Both the position numbers and the translations under genes were made by a program. This document shows, one piece after another, positions 59,090 through 64,000 of a stretch of DNA of 64,000 nucleotides. Source of the DNA: Myxococcota bacterium (GTDB taxonomy: Bacteria > Myxococcota_A > Polyangia > Nannocystales > Nannocystaceae); contig JBCCHT010000015.1 of NCBI GenBank assembly GCA_039028615.1, positions 32,001 through 96,000 on the forward strand. The letters run 5' to 3'. Positions within the stretch are counted from its first letter, which is position 1. Every line of letters starts with the position of its first letter. Below the pieces are notes generated by a model. The model was not told the DNA's origin. It searched no databases and saw only the letters and a program-made list of their open reading frames with translations.

Positions 59090-60553
59090 TTGCCCGGTGA
59101 GTCGAGCCGAGTTCCTTGTCCCGCGTGCCGTGGTTCCGAGGCCGAGCGCAGCTGGACGGGCGTGACCGAAGTCGACACCTTCGACATCGAGCTCGGGGCT
59201 CACACCGAGTACCACTTTCGTGAGTCCTGCCCCGCGTGCGGCTGGGCGCGGGAGGACGTCACACGTAGCCCTCCGGCGCACTGGCGAAAGCTGCAAAACC
59301 CCGAAGATCGGCTCTGGCACCACGGTTACGACGCGTTCGTGAAGAGCAGTGGGTTCCTCGAAGTCGAGGCCCGAGCAACGTCGCCGAGGCAGTGGGAGCG
59401 GCCCGCTCGCGATGACGTCTGCGCGTTGTTGCTGCGCCGCTTGGAGCACGACGCGTCGACTCCCGTCGCCGTGGAGTTCGAGACGGAGCGCGGCGTCTTC
59501 GAGTTCAGGCTTCGCCCCCTCGAGCTGGCGCGGGGAGTGGCCTCGCTGCGACTGCAGCTCGAGGAGGTCGATGTGGCACGGGCTTCGCTCGGAGACGAGA
59601 AGGACTCGGTCGTGGAGGTACGGACGCATGCGGGCCACCGCGTGGCCCATGTCGCGGCGGGCCGGGAGACCTTCGCGGTGACGCCGGCCGAGACTTGGTT
59701 CGGTGCCATCGATGCGATGTGGAACGAGCAGGTGCACTGGCGGACCACCAAGATCTACGACCACCTGTCGCCCAAGCTCGGTGAGGTCTATGCCGCGATG
59801 ACGGCCGGTCTCGGACGCACGCTCGGGCCACCCGCGCGGCACTCCGTCGAGCCGTTGGAGCTGATTGCCGAGCTGGCACCCGAGGTCGCGAGCGAGCTGC
59901 GGGGCACGAAGGGCCTCGGGGTGGATGGCGGCTTGCTGTGGCTCGGCCCGAAGCCCGTCGGCTCGCTGCCCTTTGCCGACCGCATGGCGCGTTGGCAGAT
60001 CGATGTCGAGCAGCACGAGGCGGCGGACGTGTTCTTCCTCGAGGCTCGGCCCGGGCGGTTGTTCCTGCAGTCGGCGGTGCGCGGCCGGTTCACGCTGTTC
60101 GAGGAATCGTGGTCGGCGGCTCACCCCCTCGGCGTCGGCGAGCGGCTCGCGTTTGCGTGGAGAAACCGCGGACACTTCGTCGACGGTCTGCGGCTGGTCC
60201 AGGGCCAGTTCGGCCCGGCCCAACGCGTGCGGGTTCCGAGCGACGCGGGGCTTTGCTTGCACTCGGTTCGCGCGAGGCAGCTCCAACCGATCGTGATCCC
60301 ACCGACCAACGGCATCGTCCTCGGCCGAGCCCCACACGCCCCCTTGTCGGTCGAGCACGAGATCCTGGGCAAGCGGCAGAGTGAGTTTGCCGTCGACGCT
60401 GGTGGATGGCGCGTCCGTGATGCCGGCAGCCCGTCGGGCACCCGACTCAACGGCGACGAACTCCGCGGCTGGTCCGAGCCGCTGTGCGTCGGCGACGAGG
60501 TCATGTGTGGAGGACTGTGCCTGGTCGTCCTGGACGAGACGGGAGAGCCGTGA
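59090..60553 (+). CDS. Protein with N-terminal CxxC/CxxC zinc ribbon and C-terminal FHA domain
   Basis: CPAC...CPAC; IVLGR...VRDAGSPSGTRLNG...L.VGDEV. Start uncertain (TTG 59090 after cggag chosen). Confidence 0.7.
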   Translation: MPGESSRVPCPACRGSEAERSWTGVTEVDTFDIELGAHTEYHFRESCPACGWAREDVTRSPPAHWRKLQNPEDRLWHHGYDAFVKSSGFLEVEARATSPRQWERPARDDVCALLLRRLEHDASTPVAVEFETERGVFEFRLRPLELARGVASLRLQLEEVDVARASLGDEKDSVVEVRTHAGHRVAHVAAGRETFAVTPAETWFGAIDAMWNEQVHWRTTKIYDHLSPKLGEVYAAMTAGLGRTLGPPARHSVEPLELIAELAPEVASELRGTKGLGVDGGLLWLGPKPVGSLPFADRMARWQIDVEQHEAADVFFLEARPGRLFLQSAVRGRFTLFEESWSAAHPLGVGERLAFAWRNRGHFVDGLRLVQGQFGPAQRVRVPSDAGLCLHSVRARQLQPIVIPPTNGIVLGRAPHAPLSVEHEILGKRQSEFAVDAGGWRVRDAGSPSGTRLNGDELRGWSEPLCVGDEVMCGGLCLVVLDETGEP

Positions 60554-60623
60554 GTGAGACCGCCCGGGCCTTCCGTATTGCCGGCGCTGCGTTCGGGTAG
60601 CCAAGCGGCTATCCTCTCGCCCC

Positions 60624-61367
60624 ATGCGGGGTCCGCTGCTCGCGTGCATCGTCGGAGGTCTGCTCGGGTTCGCGGCGTGCCTGGTGGACCTCGAGGACGG
60701 CATCGCGTGCGGCGACGGCTTCACGGACCGGGATGCGGGCGAGGACTGTGATCCCGGCGACCCGGCGGGATTCGTCGGCCTGTGTGGCGGGCAGGGGGGC
60801 AGCTGCAACCCCGACACCTGCCAGGAGGAGTGCTGTGGCGACCAGGCCGTCAACGGCACCGAGGAGTGCGACGGCATCGACCTCGGATTCGTGGGCCCCG
60901 GAGGCGACCCCATGGGCGGCGACAGCTGTGTCGGCCTGCTGATCCCGGGGACCCAGGTGGCGTTCACCAGCGGGCGCGCCGATTGCCGGGCCGATTGCCG
61001 CTACGACCTGAGCGAGTGCTCGCTGTGCGGCAACGGCCGGCTCGATCCCGAGTTCCCCTCGGGTAGCGGGACGAACGTACCGGCCGAGGTCTGCGACGGT
61101 GATGCCTTCGATGAGGCTCAGCTGTCGGCGCAGTGTCGTCAGGTCTGCCCCGCGCCCGCGGGTGTCACCTTGGAGTGTGCCTTCGAGTGTGCGGGCTGCC
61201 GCCTCATCGAGCTGCAGGAGCCGGCCCAGTGCTGCATCCGCGCGGGCAGCCCGATCTCGGGCTCGTCGTTGCCGTGCTGTTGCCAGCTCGACCCCGATGG
61301 CTGCGACGAGCCGGGGTTGTCCTCGAGCGGCGACCCGCAGTGCCCGGGCGTCAAACAGGCACCCTGA
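60624..61367 (+). CDS. Cys-rich myxobacterial-type lipoprotein
   Basis: Lipobox FAAC; CGDG...GEDCD, CGDQ...EECDG, CGNG...EVCDG repeats. Confidence 0.75.
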   Translation: MRGPLLACIVGGLLGFAACLVDLEDGIACGDGFTDRDAGEDCDPGDPAGFVGLCGGQGGSCNPDTCQEECCGDQAVNGTEECDGIDLGFVGPGGDPMGGDSCVGLLIPGTQVAFTSGRADCRADCRYDLSECSLCGNGRLDPEFPSGSGTNVPAEVCDGDAFDEAQLSAQCRQVCPAPAGVTLECAFECAGCRLIELQEPAQCCIRAGSPISGSSLPCCCQLDPDGCDEPGLSSSGDPQCPGVKQAP

Positions 61368-61448
61368 CCACACGGCGAGCCGCCCGATGCCCGCGGATCC
61401 GTGAGGACCGACGAGCACCGGGCAGATGCGATTTCAGGTGTCCGTGCG

Positions 61449-62645
61449 CTACCAGCAGCGCATGTAGTTGTGACCGGACTGCGAGAAGCGGTGGCAGGCG
61501 GTGCCGCCGTCCTGCGGGGTCAGGTTGATGCCGTTGATCATCAAGCGGGTCTCGATCCACTCGATCTTGTCCTCGGTGGCGGCCCACCACATCGTGTCAC
61601 CCGGGTAGCCGCAGTAGGGGCTGCCCAGCACGATCTGCGAGGCCATGCCGCCTACGAGGTCGTAGCTGACGTTGTGGGAGCCGCGGTTGAGCCGGGCGGG
61701 GCCGCCCGAGTCCTGCTTGCAGATGCGAGCGCCACCCTGCAACACGTCGTCGGTGAAGTAGCGGGTATAGGCGGAGTTGACCGTGCCGTGGCCGTAGCGG
61801 AGCACGCCCGCGCCGCTGCCATCGTGGGCCGCGATGCCCCAGCCGAGGAAGATGATGTTGTCGCCGCCGTCGATGCCGGAGGTCAGCACGCGGAGGGTAT
61901 CGGCGCCCGCGTCGACGCCCGCTACGGCGGTGTCGAAGACCATCAGGCCGATGTCGTCGCCGGGGTCGCCCACGCCGGTGTAGTCGATGTGGCGATAGAA
62001 GGTGGCGTTCTTGGTCACGAAGTTCTGCACCGAGCCGTTTTCCTCGCGCCGCAGGGCGAAGGAACGGTAGCCCGGCTGGAAGCAGTGGGCCGCGGTGAGC
62101 ACCACGCGGGGGTGGATCATCGTGCCGGAGCAGCCACTGCTCGAGCCGGCGTTGTACTTGATGCGCACGACGGCGTCGTTGTTCGACTCGCCATCGGCTT
62201 CTCCGATCTTGTCGACCTGATCGGCCCCGGGCTCCTCGGGGTACAGCTCGCGCACGGGCTCGGGGGTGGTGGCCGCGACCTCGGCCTCGTAGTCTCGCCG
62301 CAGCCGCTGGTACTCGCGGGCGTCGTCGCAGGTCTCGACCGCCTGCAGCCCGGAGAACTCGCGCCAGTCGGTATCCTCGTCGAGCTCGTCGTTCATGCGG
62401 TCGACGAGGTAGTGCTCGGTGCGCTGATCGATCTCGCCGTCGGCCAGCTCGGCCTGCCACACGGCGCAGATGGTCATGTCGCCCTCGAGGTAGGGGTAGT
62501 CGCCGTCCAGTAGCTCGTACTCGGGCTCGTGCTCGGTCTGCAGCTGGGCGGGGTCGTCGGTGGGCTCCTCGGCACAGCCTCCCAGCAGGATGGAGAGGCC
62601 GAGCGCGGCGGTCGAGGAGCGTACGAGTCGTGAGTATCGAAGCAT
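61449..62645 (-). CDS. Trypsin-like (S1) serine protease lipoprotein
   Basis: Lipobox LGGC; CSGTMI..RVVLTAAHC; DDIGL; DSGGP. Confidence 0.9.
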   Translation of the reverse strand: MLRYSRLVRSSTAALGLSILLGGCAEEPTDDPAQLQTEHEPEYELLDGDYPYLEGDMTICAVWQAELADGEIDQRTEHYLVDRMNDELDEDTDWREFSGLQAVETCDDAREYQRLRRDYEAEVAATTPEPVRELYPEEPGADQVDKIGEADGESNNDAVVRIKYNAGSSSGCSGTMIHPRVVLTAAHCFQPGYRSFALRREENGSVQNFVTKNATFYRHIDYTGVGDPGDDIGLMVFDTAVAGVDAGADTLRVLTSGIDGGDNIIFLGWGIAAHDGSGAGVLRYGHGTVNSAYTRYFTDDVLQGGARICKQDSGGPARLNRGSHNVSYDLVGGMASQIVLGSPYCGYPGDTMWWAATEDKIEWIETRLMINGINLTPQDGGTACHRFSQSGHNYMRCW

Positions 62646-62818
62646 TTTGGGGGTCTCCGTAGTGGGTGTCCGATGATTCCGTTCCCCCCGAGGCGCGGCC
62701 GGATCATCGTTTTGTGTACTTTTTTCGGGATTGGATTTTGGGCGGTTTCCCCGACGGAGCGGGGCTGGGCGGCTACGCTGCTTCCGGGTGAGGGGGGTCG
62801 CTTGCAGGGGTCGATCGG

Positions 62819-63856
62819 GTGCATCAGGCTCACGAACTCGCTGCCGTGTCTCTGCTGCTCCTCACCGCCATCGCCCTGCGCCTCGGGCTCGGGCCTTCGC
62901 CGTCCTCGGATGCGGTGGTCCCGGAGCTCGGGTTGCAGTGGAGTGCGCCGACCGAGTGCCCGGATGCCGCGGCGGTGCGGGGATTCGTCGCCGACTACGT
63001 CGAGCAGGGCGTGCCGCTCCGGAAGCTGGAGGCCGAGGCTTCGGTCGAGACCGATGGGCAGCGCTTCTCCTTGAGCCTGCGTTTCGACGGGCAGCAGCGA
63101 CAGCTCGACGCGGCGGCCTGTGATGATCTTGCCCGTGCTGCGTCGGTGATCCTGTCGCTGGCTCTCGTGCCGCGAGAGGCGGACGAGCCGGCGCCACCGG
63201 TTGCACCCCCGAAGCCGGAGCTCGCCGTCGAGCCCCCGCCGGAGCCGGTGGTACCGACGCCGGCTCCCACGCCCAACCCGCCGGTCACGGTGCCGCGTCC
63301 CGTGCCTCCGCGAGTGCAGGGCTTCATTCGGCCGGACGCTGCGATCGGGGTCGGCATCACCCCGACGCTCACTACGGCCCGTCTCGCGGCGGGGGTGGCC
63401 TGGCCGCAGGCGCGGGTGGAGCTGTCCGGGACCTTCTGGGCTCCGTCGGATGCACCGGACGCTCGCGCCGACGGCTCGCAGACGTTGGTCACGATGGGCT
63501 CCGTGAACGCCCACGGGTGCGGGGTGGCCCGCGCGGGGGCGCTGGAGTTCCCGCTGTGTGCGGGGGTGAGCGTGGGAGCGGTGCGCGTGGACGACCCCGG
63601 CACGAGCCCGAGCACGACGACCCATCGCTTGTGGGCAGGCGCGACCGCGTCGGTGGCCCTGGTCTGGCGCTTCCGTCCGAATGTCGGGCTCTATGTGGGC
63701 CCGGAGATGACGCTGGCCCTCACTCGGCCTTCGGTTGCCCTCCAGCCCACGCCGTCGACCTACCAAACGGGTCCCATTGCCGTCCGCGGGGCGTTTGGGC
63801 TCGAATTTCATTTTCCTTCATGGGCGGAGCCGTCGGCGGGAAATAGGGGACGGTGA
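62819..63856 (+). CDS. Exported protein with Pro-rich linker and beta-strand C-terminus (ECF-associated)
   Basis: WSAPTECPD...C.DLARA; PEP-rich linker; C-terminal GLEFHF; overlaps the next sigma gene (GTGA). Confidence 0.65.
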   Translation: MHQAHELAAVSLLLLTAIALRLGLGPSPSSDAVVPELGLQWSAPTECPDAAAVRGFVADYVEQGVPLRKLEAEASVETDGQRFSLSLRFDGQQRQLDAAACDDLARAASVILSLALVPREADEPAPPVAPPKPELAVEPPPEPVVPTPAPTPNPPVTVPRPVPPRVQGFIRPDAAIGVGITPTLTTARLAAGVAWPQARVELSGTFWAPSDAPDARADGSQTLVTMGSVNAHGCGVARAGALEFPLCAGVSVGAVRVDDPGTSPSTTTHRLWAGATASVALVWRFRPNVGLYVGPEMTLALTRPSVALQPTPSTYQTGPIAVRGAFGLEFHFPSWAEPSAGNRGR

Positions 63857-64000
63857 CCTCCGCCGCCGAGACCTCTGCGCCCGCCGGACTGGTGCTCGAG
63901 GACCTGTATCGCGACCAGATGGAGCTGGCCTGGCGAACGGCGCGCTATCTCGGCGTGCCCGCAGCGGACGCGGAGGACGTGGTGCACGAGGTGTTCATCG
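63853..64000 (+). CDS. ECF sigma-70 factor, partial (runs off the window end)
   Basis: LYRDQ...WRTARYLGVPAADAEDVVHEVFI region 2. Confidence 0.82.
   Translation, partial: MTSAAETSAPAGLVLEDLYRDQMELAWRTARYLGVPAADAEDVVHEVFI

Overview
High-GC bacterial DNA whose gene content points to a myxobacterium, probably Nannocystaceae-like (inferred from Ser/Thr kinase-TPR proteins, ECF sigma modules, a DUF1552/DUF1592-type pair, and many Cys-rich or Thr/Gly-linker lipoproteins). It is an accessory region; I saw no rRNA, tRNA, CRISPR array, transposase or integrase. It holds the 5' end of an iterative type I PKS preceded by a degenerate-GGDEF/patatin fusion gene. Two separate cassettes each have a paralogous small gene directly before a large signal-less, effector-like protein, one followed by an immunity-like gene. 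Other content: a vanadium haloperoxidase-like lipoprotein, a histidine kinase / REC-Hpt / kinase-REC signalling cluster, three ECF sigma modules and many secreted hydrolase lipoproteins. A CSLREA/choice-of-anchor-Q gene is duplicated; one copy is broken by a ~127-bp deletion and both share an upstream motif. A terpene synthase plus STAS/SEC14-like gene pair is bracketed by an exact 70-bp direct repeat. All product calls come from motifs recognised by eye, no database search was run, and several start codons were re-chosen from the ORF track.
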